The notes below the pieces were generated by a model that worked only from the letters and a program-made list of their open reading frames with translations, did no database searches and was not told the origin of the DNA. This document shows, one piece after another, positions 8,037-17,150 of a DNA stretch of 64,000 bases (position 1 is its first letter; each line of letters opens with the position of its first letter). A program made the position numbers and the translations under genes. The DNA lies in assembly GCA_965249275.1 (NCBI GenBank), contig CBDFLQ010000006.1:736001-800000 (forward strand). Direction: 5' to 3'. The stretch is from Dehalococcoidia bacterium. GTDB lineage: Bacteria > Chloroflexota > Dehalococcoidia > Plut-88900.

Positions 8037-10080
8037 CCCGCTGCAGCTCCTGAGCGGACTGGGTCGCCGACTCCTCAAAAGGGACTCCTTCAACTCAGCG
8101 CCGGAAGGCCCTGCATCCACCTCCGAGGGGCGCGGCGGTCCCTGGGCACAGGCATGGACCCGGCTGCGCCACAAGAAGGTCGCGCTGGGGGCGCTCATCG
8201 TTGTCGTCATTCTCTATGGGGTGGGCGCCTTAGCCCCTCTAACCGCTCCCCGAGACTACCGGGAGACGCCGTCAACTAACCTGGAAGAACTGCCTGGATT
8301 CCAGGGCTTGGTCATGTCTCCCAACTGGTCGGATGACTCGACTTTGTACAACTACACGCCTGTTGGCGTTTTTCGCTCCGAAAACGCGGGAGGCAGCTGG
8401 ACTCAAGTAGTCTCAGGGCTGGGCGCCGTCAACGTGGATGTGCTGGTGCCGGTCCCGTCCGAAGGGCTTGAAGAGGTGGTCTACGCCGGTACGCCTCAGG
8501 GAGTTTTTGTCTCCCGGGACGGCGCCTCTTCCTGGGCCCCTGCGAACGTCGGCCTCCCGGACAATCTTGGCATCAATCACATCGCCGCCTCACCCGTCTT
8601 CCACGCGGACGGGACCCTGATTGCCGCCTTGTCCGGCGGCCTGTTCAGGAGCGCAGACCGGGGCACGACCTGGACAAACGTCAGCAATGGCTTCCAAGGC
8701 GACTCCCCTGCCGCATCCCACGTCGTCTTCTCCCCCGCCTTCGCCATTGACGCCACGGTCTTCGCCACCGTTACCGAGCGCAAGACAGGCTCCTTCCGCT
8801 CCGTCGAGGAGATCTACCGCTCGACAGACGGCGGGGTGACCTGGACCCAGGCCTACGAGGGCAGAGCGGGCACGTCCCGGGAAACCAGGATGGCCATATC
8901 GCCGGCCTTCGCCCGAGACGGCACCCTGTACGTGTCCACCTCCCAGGGTTTGCTCCGCTCTCGGGACAGGGGGCAAACATGGGATGTGATTGACGAAAGT
9001 TTGGGCAGCCACCAGGTAATCTCCCTCCTTATCTCCCCCGATTTCGGGTCCGACAACACCATATTTGCCAACACCAGCAGCCTGGGTATTTATCGCTCCG
9101 TCGATGGAGGCGAGTCCTGGGACATAGTAACCACCGGCCTCAGCATCACCAAGGCCGAAGGCCTGGCTGTCTCACCCAACTTCGGCAACGACGCCACGCT
9201 ATTTGCCGGCACTGTGGACGGCGGGCTGTTCATCACCACTAACGGCGGCGACCTCTGGACCGAACTCGCCTCCACGGACCTCATCCAAGGGCCGTCCATT
9301 TTCAATTGGCCCCCCAGCTTCGAGCATCCCCTTGGCACCGACAGGATCGGCCGCGACATGCTGAGCCGGGTAATCTACGGCATCCGCACCACGGTGATCA
9401 TCACCTTGGCCTCGGTGCTTACGGGATCGCTGCTGATTGGTGTGTTCATGGGCGCCGCCGCGGGTTATTTTGGCCGCCGCGTAGATACCATAATCATGCG
9501 CACCGGCGATATATTTCTCGCATTCCCCGGCATCCTGCTTATCATCCTTATCGCTGCCACGGTCAAGCCGAGGGTCGTGGAATGGACCAGGGGATTCGAA
9601 GACTGGTCAGGCATCGATGGCATAGTAAGGTCGGGGGCCGTGGACTACTTTGTAGTGTTCGCGTCGCTGACCCTGTTCAGCTGGGTCGGCATGGCTCGGC
9701 TGGTCAGAGGCCAGGTCCTGTCGCTGAAGGAGAGCCAGTACGTGGAGGCGGCTAGGGCCATGGGCGCCTCGAACCTGCGCATCGTCTTCCGGCACCTGCT
9801 CCCGAACGCCATCAGCCCGGTCATCGTATCGGTCTCGATGGGTATGGGTGCTGTGGCGGGATCGGAAGTGGTGCTGAGTTGGTTAGGGATCGGCATCCAG
9901 CCCCCGAACCCTAGCCTCGGGCGCATGATCCTCGAAAACTTTGGAATATCCAACCTCTCCATCCTCCGCGACGATCCCCACCTCCTCCTGGTACCCGCCG
10001 CCACCATCGCCATCCTCATCTACGCCTGGAACCTCCTCGGAGACGGCCTCAACGACGTTCTGAACCCGAGGACACGGTAG
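8029..10080 (+). CDS. oppC: Peptide ABC transporter permease OppC/DppC with a large extracytoplasmic Asp-box (BNR/Ycf48/VPS10-like) beta-propeller insertion
   Basis: ATG 8029 overlaps the oppB end; [35 protein letters not shown]; seven SxDxGxxW-like repeats between TM1 and HPLGTD. Confidence 0.88.
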   Translation: MTNPLQLLSGLGRRLLKRDSFNSAPEGPASTSEGRGGPWAQAWTRLRHKKVALGALIVVVILYGVGALAPLTAPRDYRETPSTNLEELPGFQGLVMSPNWSDDSTLYNYTPVGVFRSENAGGSWTQVVSGLGAVNVDVLVPVPSEGLEEVVYAGTPQGVFVSRDGASSWAPANVGLPDNLGINHIAASPVFHADGTLIAALSGGLFRSADRGTTWTNVSNGFQGDSPAASHVVFSPAFAIDATVFATVTERKTGSFRSVEEIYRSTDGGVTWTQAYEGRAGTSRETRMAISPAFARDGTLYVSTSQGLLRSRDRGQTWDVIDESLGSHQVISLLISPDFGSDNTIFANTSSLGIYRSVDGGESWDIVTTGLSITKAEGLAVSPNFGNDATLFAGTVDGGLFITTNGGDLWTELASTDLIQGPSIFNWPPSFEHPLGTDRIGRDMLSRVIYGIRTTVIITLASVLTGSLLIGVFMGAAAGYFGRRVDTIIMRTGDIFLAFPGILLIILIAATVKPRVVEWTRGFEDWSGIDGIVRSGAVDYFVVFASLTLFSWVGMARLVRGQVLSLKESQYVEAARAMGASNLRIVFRHLLPNAISPVIVSVSMGMGAVAGSEVVLSWLGIGIQPPNPSLGRMILENFGISNLSILRDDPHLLLVPAATIAILIYAWNLLGDGLNDVLNPRTR

Positions 10081-10081
10081 A

Positions 10082-10363
10082 ATGAATTACATATCCGTCC
10101 CGCCATCCGGCGACGACAAGCCTTCCCTGGCAACCCTTCGCGGCGCCTTCACTTGTCTTCCAGACGCAACCTATCAAGACTTTCTGGATATCAAGGCGAT
10201 ATGGAACCCCAGGGTCCCGGAAGTCGACGATCTCGAGGAGAACTGCAGCGCCGGATAGCTCTATCCAACTCTTGGACGAAACGCACGTCCCTTGTTTGAC
10301 ATACGCCTCGTGACAAAGGACGCTATCTTAACGGCTTCCGCCCAAATGTATACCATCTGGTAG
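10082..10363 (+). pseudogene. Possible decayed VapBC-type toxin-antitoxin remnant
   Basis: 58-aa ORF 10082..10258, then in-frame LVTKDAILTASAQMYTIW*, resembling a PIN-domain C-terminus. Confidence 0.35.
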
Positions 10364-10391
10364 CCGATACGCCCCGCCGAGCAGGTTGGCC

Positions 10392-10907
10392 TTACAAATT
10401 CACAATCGCCAGACTAGACGCAATCAACGGCACATCCTGCTGGGCCTCGTCCGCAAGTCCGACCCGGTACACTGTCAGCCCGTGCTCTCCGGCTGGAGCG
10501 TCGTCCTGCACCCTGAACGTCAGCGTTGCAAGAGTCCCGGCATGTGTCGGGGCTGAAGTCTCGCCCCTCCGGGCCAGGGCGAAGATTAGCTGTCCAATCT
10601 CCTGGTCCGCCGACTCCACTCCCACCAGTGGCGAATCCCCGAGCAACTCTCCCACTAACATACCCTCGTAGGCAAAAACCTGCGGGTCATAGTTGATCGT
10701 CACCTCAGCCGCGCTGATTCCCTGTCCATTGGGATCGACTTCCACGTCCACCGTGAAGCTGCCACCCGACTCTGCGTCTATGCTGGCCGGCGTAAGAGTC
10801 ACGATTACCGCATCGTCATCTCCACCCCCGCACCCCGAGACTACGATCAGTACCACCAGCGCCCCGAGTATTGCTGCCGTCAACGATATTTTGGCCATTC
10901 TCTTCAT
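10392..10907 (-). CDS. Cohesin-domain lipoprotein
   Basis: VVSGC lipobox; GGSFTVDVEV..ISAAEVTINYDP..GTLATLTFRV cohesin-type pattern. Confidence 0.75.
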   Translation of the reverse strand: MKRMAKISLTAAILGALVVLIVVSGCGGGDDDAVIVTLTPASIDAESGGSFTVDVEVDPNGQGISAAEVTINYDPQVFAYEGMLVGELLGDSPLVGVESADQEIGQLIFALARRGETSAPTHAGTLATLTFRVQDDAPAGEHGLTVYRVGLADEAQQDVPLIASSLAIVNL

Positions 10908-10917
10908 ATCGTGTTGC

Positions 10918-12318
10918 TCACGGGGAGGGTAGCTGCGCACCGAGGATCGCCAGGTCCAGGTAGTTGACCACGTTGTCATTGTTCAGGTCCGCCGTTGCGT
11001 CGAAACCCGCCTCTCCGGAAATTGTCCCGTAGGCTTGGCGCAACTGCACTAAGGCCAGTTCCCCATTTTCAATCTCGACCTCGCCGGTCGAGTCTGGAGA
11101 AGGCGTCGCCGTAGGAGCGCCGAGGGGAGCCCGAGTAGGTATGGGGGTGGGGGTCGTCGAAGCGGGCCGGTTGCCTATCCTCTCCATCGACACCGGAGGC
11201 ACACCTAGGCTCTCCCTCCACATGTTGTCGAGAGTGATGAGGTCGATTCCATAGACCTTCTCCAGGGTGTCCTCGAAATTGAGCTGGCCCTCCCGAAACT
11301 CCCTGAGTAGTTCGCTCATCTTGGCCGTCCCGAAGGTCCTTATCATAAAGTCCACGACCTGACGGGAGTGGCCGTAAAATACGATAACGGCATCCGGCTC
11401 TCCGGGCCGGTTGGCGAGCTGGACCAGGGGGTATAGGGTGTCCGTCCTGACGGCGCGGAGCACCGCCAGATCATAAGAGAAGCCCGGCTCGATGTTGCCG
11501 TACTCGGCGAGGCCCTCGTTTAGCCAGTCCGGGACCCGTTTCCCCGGCCCTTCGGCGGCTTGTGCAATGAGGAGGTGTGTCACTTCATGGGATACGATTC
11601 CCTTTATCTGGCTGTCGAACCCGTTTATCAGAAGCACCCCCTCTTTCCCGTGGGCCTGCCCCTGGGTCACTAACCCGCTGGAGCTGGTCCGGCTGATGAA
11701 TGGCAGGGCATCCCTCATCTGCACCGGGTTGCTGTACATCACTATGTTGACGTTTCGTGTCAGTGAAGTCTCCAGCAGCCGACCCACGTTGCTCAAGGTC
11801 TTCACTGAAGTGTCCAGCACCGTTTCGGCCCGCGTCTTCACGGGCCCGTTGTAGTAGACGGTCACGTTCTCCCGGGACACGGTGTTCCACTCGAAACGGG
11901 TGTCGGTGTAGACAAACTCGATGACTTCCGTCTCCGCAGAGTTGCCATCCTCGTCCTCCAGTATCCACCTGTACGAGATGACGGCGCCCGGAGGTATGTA
12001 GGTGCTGCTCCCGCCCCGAGTCCTGAGCGTGAACTCTGCAGTCGAAGGGTTGCCATCCTCGAACTCCACAGGTTCCACTCGTCTCGAGTCCTGTCCCACT
12101 ATCAGGAATGTCATGTTGACGCGGGCCACGGGCCTATCGGTGGAGAACTCCAGGGAAAAGGTCATGTCATCCGGGAAGTTGGTCTCGACCGACTGCTCCC
12201 CGAACTCAGTCCAGTGATTGTCCGCCGAAGCTCCTGCGCTTAGTCCGGCCCACAACACTCCCGCAGCTATGGTAACCGCCACTGCTATCCAAATATGGCT
12301 GTATCTTAGTTGTGCCAT
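10918..12318 (-). CDS. Secreted gluzincin metallopeptidase (peptidase MA-like) with PT linker and C-terminal dockerin-like motif
   Basis: Signal peptide; HEVTH...WLNEGLAEY; C-terminal ADLNNDNVVNYLDLAIL. Confidence 0.82.
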   Translation of the reverse strand: MAQLRYSHIWIAVAVTIAAGVLWAGLSAGASADNHWTEFGEQSVETNFPDDMTFSLEFSTDRPVARVNMTFLIVGQDSRRVEPVEFEDGNPSTAEFTLRTRGGSSTYIPPGAVISYRWILEDEDGNSAETEVIEFVYTDTRFEWNTVSRENVTVYYNGPVKTRAETVLDTSVKTLSNVGRLLETSLTRNVNIVMYSNPVQMRDALPFISRTSSSGLVTQGQAHGKEGVLLINGFDSQIKGIVSHEVTHLLIAQAAEGPGKRVPDWLNEGLAEYGNIEPGFSYDLAVLRAVRTDTLYPLVQLANRPGEPDAVIVFYGHSRQVVDFMIRTFGTAKMSELLREFREGQLNFEDTLEKVYGIDLITLDNMWRESLGVPPVSMERIGNRPASTTPTPIPTRAPLGAPTATPSPDSTGEVEIENGELALVQLRQAYGTISGEAGFDATADLNNDNVVNYLDLAILGAQLPSP

Positions 12319-12339
12319 CGGTCCGTTAACGTCCCGCCA

Positions 12340-13704
12340 TTAGGGGCTTGCCATGCTTCGTATCAGGGCTATGGCAAGGTTTACGACATCACCCAACAGG
12401 CCCGAGTCAACGAATTCCAGGGTGTCCTCGGCGGTGTTGACCCGGGAAAGGTCGTCACCGAAGAAGAACACCACGGGTATCTCCACCGACTGGAAGACAA
12501 CGTGGTCGCTGATCAGCCCCTCGGGCTCTCGGCCCGGGGTGATAGTGACTCCAAGCTCCGTACCCAGCCGCAAGACCTCCAGTTGAAACGCCGGCTCTCC
12601 AGCGATAATAGCCCTTTCACCGCTCCCAACATCGTCCAGGTTGATCATAGCAAGCACGCTGCCCGTGTTGTCACCTATGACGTTCGAAACGTATCGCTGG
12701 CTGCCTATGAGGCCGACCTCTTCCCCGCCGAAGGCCACGAATGTCACGTCCACGGCAAGGTCGTCGTCCTTTAGGGCTCGGGCGATGGTGAGCAAGGCTG
12801 CCGTCCCCGACGCATTGTCGTTCGCCCCGACCGACTCGGTGTCCGTATCGTAGTGCGCTCCGACTATAATCGTTGGCGCGCCGGCTATGGAGCCCTTCTT
12901 GGTCGCCACTACGTTGCGGCTCACCCGGTCTTTCGTCTCCACCTTGACCCGTACCCTCACCTCACCCGACTCCATCATCGCCAGAAGGGCCTGACCGTCT
13001 TCCTGGCTTATTGAAAGCGCCGGTATCTGGCCGGCAGTTTGAAGGGTGCCTGCGAAGTTCTCCGGCTCGCTGTTGTATATTATGACCGCCGAAGCGCCCG
13101 CGTCCCGAGCATTGCTGGCTTTAATTTCAAAGTCGGTCTCTCCCCGCCCGATTAGCGCCACGGCCCCGTCCAATCCATCCCCGGGGAAGTCTTCCGGCCT
13201 GCCTAGTCCTGCATCCACCAGCCTCGCTTCCACGTCCCCGAAACCCGTCCGATACATGAACAGCGATTCGATAACTTGCTCATCCTCGCCCATGACCCTC
13301 AGCCAAGGTTCATCACTGCTTATTAGTCTCAGGTCGAAGCCCCTGACCTCTGCCTCGTACCCAAAACTGCTAAGCTCGGCGGCAATGAATTCCGCGGCCG
13401 CAAGCTCTCCGTCCGTCGTAGCATTTCGTTCCGGGTAATCAGAAACTATGGTTTCCACGTATCCATAGGCTATATCACCCAAGTCAGGTGCGAAGGAAAC
13501 AGCGGTGGGCACGTTGACGCCCGGGGCGGAGATGGGGGTCGAGGTAGGAATTGCGATGGTGGGGGTCGGCGTGCCTGTTGTATCAATTGCCTGGGGGGTG
13601 AGTGCCTGCGCCTCAGTAGTTGCAGTGGCATCCCCACCGCCGCCACATGCGGCCGCAACCAGTACTGCCAGCATTGTAGCGGCCAAGATTTTGAATTTGA
13701 TCAT
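12340..13704 (-). CDS. M28 family aminopeptidase lipoprotein with PA domain
   Basis: AAACG lipobox; GAHYD, GANDNASG, GGEEVGLIGS, INLDDVG, SDH; PA motif ALIGRG...GASAVIIYN. Confidence 0.88.
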   Translation of the reverse strand: MIKFKILAATMLAVLVAAACGGGGDATATTEAQALTPQAIDTTGTPTPTIAIPTSTPISAPGVNVPTAVSFAPDLGDIAYGYVETIVSDYPERNATTDGELAAAEFIAAELSSFGYEAEVRGFDLRLISSDEPWLRVMGEDEQVIESLFMYRTGFGDVEARLVDAGLGRPEDFPGDGLDGAVALIGRGETDFEIKASNARDAGASAVIIYNSEPENFAGTLQTAGQIPALSISQEDGQALLAMMESGEVRVRVKVETKDRVSRNVVATKKGSIAGAPTIIVGAHYDTDTESVGANDNASGTAALLTIARALKDDDLAVDVTFVAFGGEEVGLIGSQRYVSNVIGDNTGSVLAMINLDDVGSGERAIIAGEPAFQLEVLRLGTELGVTITPGREPEGLISDHVVFQSVEIPVVFFFGDDLSRVNTAEDTLEFVDSGLLGDVVNLAIALIRSMASP

Positions 13705-13869
13705 CTAAACCTACGTCCTGTGTCCTCTCGGTGGGCACAGTAGAGTTTGGGACTAGCGGGGCTCATAAAACAATAACGTACATACAGTCATTTAGTTGCG
13801 CCCCTCAGCATACAATAATGGGAAACTGCAGTGCAGTTTCCCATTATTTACCTTGCTTAAGTTAGGGAA

Positions 13870-14307
13870 CTATTCCCCCCGACTTGCCGGCCCCCGAGCC
13901 GACTTCTTAGGCGCTCCGGTGTATTTATCATCCGGGAACAGCTCCTCACCGGGAGCCCCGCCCTCGCCGGCCACCGTGCTCATCGGCTCCTCGCCCGCTT
14001 CCATCTTGCGAAGAAACTCTTCGCTCACGAAGAACATTCATATACAGAATCCGTCCCGGGCTATGTCCTCGTGGTGCCTCTCGCAGGGGCAGATCTTCAT
14101 GCGATCCAGATCCGGATCGCCATCTACGATCATTCAGGGACAGTAGCGGTAGCCGAATTTCACCTCGTTCTTGGCTAGCCCCTTCTGCACCTCATCGACG
14201 ATCTCCGGGTCGGAGTAGAACTCGTAGGGTCCCTTCTCCACGTACTTCTCGGACATCTTTACGGCGCCCTTCAGGGCCTGCTCGAAGGTCTTCTTCTTCA
14301 ACCTCAT
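13870..14307 (-). CDS. Ferredoxin:thioredoxin reductase catalytic subunit-like selenoprotein with two Sec (UGA at 14134-14136 and 14038-14040)
   Basis: Read-through gives GYRYCPUMIVDGDPDLDRMKICPCERHHEDIARDGFCIUMFFVS..., matching the FTR CPC..CPC..CxC motifs; SECIS-like hairpin after each UGA; start ATG 14307 or TTG 14301. Confidence 0.88.
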
Positions 14308-14414
14308 TCCTCCTTTGCTCTGGGGCCTGTGGTTCAATTATACCCCACCCCCTCCCTCAAAACCCGTATAATCTGCGTACGCACTCTACCCCTAGCCACT
14401 CACGGGAGGCAGCA

Positions 14415-15290
14415 ATGACCGAGTCCAATCTCTCCAACTGGGGCCGCTGGGGTCCCGACGACCAGATCGGCGTCCTAAACCTTCTACAGGGCCGGGGCCA
14501 TGTCCTCAAGGCCTTCAGCATGGTCAAGGAAGGCAAGATATACAGCCTCGCCGTGCCCCTAGAGAAGGACGGGCCCCAGATGCCCACCTTCCACAAGACC
14601 TGGCGCGTCTCCCACGTCGCCGAGCGCAAGGACCCCGACCTCTCGATCATCGATGACGTCATAGTCATGGAGACTCACTCCGGCACACACATCGACGCCT
14701 TAGGCCACGTCTGGGCCGACGGCCAGTTCTATAACGGATTCTCCTCCGACGAATTCGCCAGCAGCCGGGGAGTTGAACGTACGGGCATTGAGAACGTCCG
14801 CCACATCATCGGGCGGGGCGTGATGCTGGACGTAGCCGCCTATAGGGGCGTAGACCACCTCCAGGAGGCCGAGGCCGTCACCCCGGAAGACCTCGACGGC
14901 GCTGCACAGGCCCAGGGAATCGCCCTCGAACCCGGAGACGTGGTAATGATTCGCACCGGCTGGTATACCCTCTTCGAAAAGGACCGCGCCCGATGGGCCT
15001 CCTCCTTCCCCGGCCCCGATGCCTCCGTCCTCCCCTGGCTGAAGGAGCACGACGTTTGCGCCATCGGCACCGATCACCCAACCTGCGAGCGCAGGATCAA
15101 GGTCGGCAGCCCCGAGGGTGGCCTTCCACTCCACCGCTACGCCCTTAGGGATCTTGGCGTCTACATCCTCGAAAACCTCGACCTGGAGGGCCTAGCCCGG
15201 GACAAGGTCTACGAGTTTCTGTTCATCGGCGCACCCCTTCGCCTGACTCACGCCACCGGTTCCCCCTGGAACCCCCTGGCCATCATATAG
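14415..15290 (+). CDS. Cyclase family protein (kynurenine formamidase-like metal hydrolase), paralog 1
   Basis: [41 protein letters not shown]. Confidence 0.88.
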   Translation: MTESNLSNWGRWGPDDQIGVLNLLQGRGHVLKAFSMVKEGKIYSLAVPLEKDGPQMPTFHKTWRVSHVAERKDPDLSIIDDVIVMETHSGTHIDALGHVWADGQFYNGFSSDEFASSRGVERTGIENVRHIIGRGVMLDVAAYRGVDHLQEAEAVTPEDLDGAAQAQGIALEPGDVVMIRTGWYTLFEKDRARWASSFPGPDASVLPWLKEHDVCAIGTDHPTCERRIKVGSPEGGLPLHRYALRDLGVYILENLDLEGLARDKVYEFLFIGAPLRLTHATGSPWNPLAII

Positions 15291-15302
15291 AGAGGGCCTG
15301 TT

Positions 15303-16175
15303 ATGACTAACGAAAAGCTTTCAAACTGGGGCCGCTGGGGCCCCGACGACCAGATAGGGGTCCTGAATCTGCTCCAGAACTCTTCCTCAGTACTTGATGC
15401 TATAAAGCTGGTAAAGAAGGGGGACGTATACAGCCTCGCCGTGCCCCTGGAAAAGGACGGTCCCCAGTTCCCCCTCTTCCACAAGACCTGGCGCGTCTCC
15501 CACTGGCAGCACCTCCACGATCCCGATCTCGACATCATCGACGATGTGATCGCCATGGAAACCCACTCCGGCTCTCACATCGACGGTCTGGGACACTCCT
15601 GGCACGACGGACAGTTCTACAACGGCTTCTCCTCAGACAAGTACGCCAGCAGCCGGGGCGTCGAGCGCCTGGGCATCGAGAATGTGCGCCACATCTTCGG
15701 CCGCGGCGTCATGCTCGACGTCGCAGCCTATAAGGGAGTCGACCACCTCGGCCCCGCCGAGCCCGTCACCGCCGATGACCTGGACAACGTCGCCGCCGCC
15801 CAAGGCGTCGACCTAAAGCCCGGCGACGTGGTTTTGGTCCGCACCGGCTGGTACACCCTCTTCGGTAAGGACCGAGCCCGGTGGGCTACATCATTCCCAG
15901 GCCCCGACGCCTCCGTGCTCCCCTGGCTCAAAGAGCACGACGTGGTAGCCATAGGCACCGACCATCCCGCCTGTGAGCTCTTCGAAAACTTGGAAGAGCC
16001 CGGGGATACACCCCTCCACCGGCACGGCCTCCGGGACCTGGGCGTCTATCTCCTCGAAAACATGGACTTGGAAGAACTGGCCCGGGACAAAGTCTACGAG
16101 TTCCTGTTCGTCGGGACGCCACTGCGCATCACCCATGGCACAGGCTCGCCCTGGAACCCTTTGGCAATAGCATGA
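15303..16175 (+). CDS. Cyclase family protein, paralog 2
   Basis: Same motifs ([11 protein letters not shown]); highly similar tandem copy. Confidence 0.88.
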   Translation: MTNEKLSNWGRWGPDDQIGVLNLLQNSSSVLDAIKLVKKGDVYSLAVPLEKDGPQFPLFHKTWRVSHWQHLHDPDLDIIDDVIAMETHSGSHIDGLGHSWHDGQFYNGFSSDKYASSRGVERLGIENVRHIFGRGVMLDVAAYKGVDHLGPAEPVTADDLDNVAAAQGVDLKPGDVVLVRTGWYTLFGKDRARWATSFPGPDASVLPWLKEHDVVAIGTDHPACELFENLEEPGDTPLHRHGLRDLGVYLLENMDLEELARDKVYEFLFVGTPLRITHGTGSPWNPLAIA

Positions 16176-17020
16176 GTATCTCGTCCGAAAATCGGGTTCC
16201 CCGAGCCATGACCATCGCCGGCTCCGACTCGGGGGGCGGCGCTGGCATCCAGGCCGACCTCAAGACCTTCGCCGCCCTAGGCGTCTACGGAACATCCGTG
16301 ATAACTGCGGTCACCGCCCAGAACACCCTCGCCGTAAACGGCATCGCCGAAATTCCGGCGGACATGGTCTCGGCTCAAATAGACACAGTTATGTCCGACA
16401 TCGGGACCGACGCCTTGAAGACCGGCATGCTCGCCCACAGCGGGATCATTGAGGCCGTCGCCGAGCGAATCCAGGCTCTGGACATGCCCAACGTCGTCGT
16501 AGACCCCGTGATGGTCGCCAAGAGCGGCGACCGCCTCCTCCGGGAAGAGGCGGTGGACGCCTACCGCACCCGTCTCATACCCCGAGCCATGGTCGTCACC
16601 CCCAACATCCCCGAGGCAGAAGCCTTGGTCGGCTTCACCATCGAAACGGATGACGACGTTCACCGTGCCGCCAGGTCTATCGCGAATATGGGAGCCAGAA
16701 ACATAGTCATCAAGGGCGGGCACCGGGAAGGCCCGGTCACGGACGTTCTTTACTCCGAGGGCCGGTTCCACGATTTCACTTCGGCCAGGATAGATTCGAA
16801 GAACACCCACGGCACGGGCTGCACTTTCGCCTCGGCCATCGCTGCGCACTTGGCCCGGGGCTGCTCCGTAGAACAGGCCGTGTTTCACGCCAAGGAATAT
16901 GTCTCGGCGGCGATAGAGACCGCCTTTCCTATAGGCCAGGGACACGGGCCCCTGAATCACTTCCACGCTCTGTGGGGCCCTTTGCAAAACGCTCGTCCCG
17001 TAGAACGAAGTATGAGGTAG
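16172..17020 (+). CDS. thiD: Hydroxymethylpyrimidine/phosphomethylpyrimidine kinase
   Basis: [45 protein letters not shown]. Confidence 0.95.
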   Translation: MSISSENRVPRAMTIAGSDSGGGAGIQADLKTFAALGVYGTSVITAVTAQNTLAVNGIAEIPADMVSAQIDTVMSDIGTDALKTGMLAHSGIIEAVAERIQALDMPNVVVDPVMVAKSGDRLLREEAVDAYRTRLIPRAMVVTPNIPEAEALVGFTIETDDDVHRAARSIANMGARNIVIKGGHREGPVTDVLYSEGRFHDFTSARIDSKNTHGTGCTFASAIAAHLARGCSVEQAVFHAKEYVSAAIETAFPIGQGHGPLNHFHALWGPLQNARPVERSMR

Positions 17021-17150
17021 GCCCTCTCTCTCTGGTTGGGATAGGTCTAGGGCCGTAGGCTCGCCGGGGAGAGTCGAAGACTCGCCGAGGAGAGTGCGGG
17101 GGAAACATATTCCTTCATTGTTTGACTAACCCGCATTGAGGTGGTGGAAG

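Noticed and set aside
4415-8210. Long antisense and alternate-frame ORFs over opp genes (also 16277..16987, 49413..50300, 53654..54418, 58164..58910)
   Set aside because: Typical shadows of high-GC3 codon usage on well-supported genes; no motifs.
10256-10258. Pyrrolysine/TAG read-through
   Set aside because: No methyltransferase context or pyl genes; decay explains it more simply.
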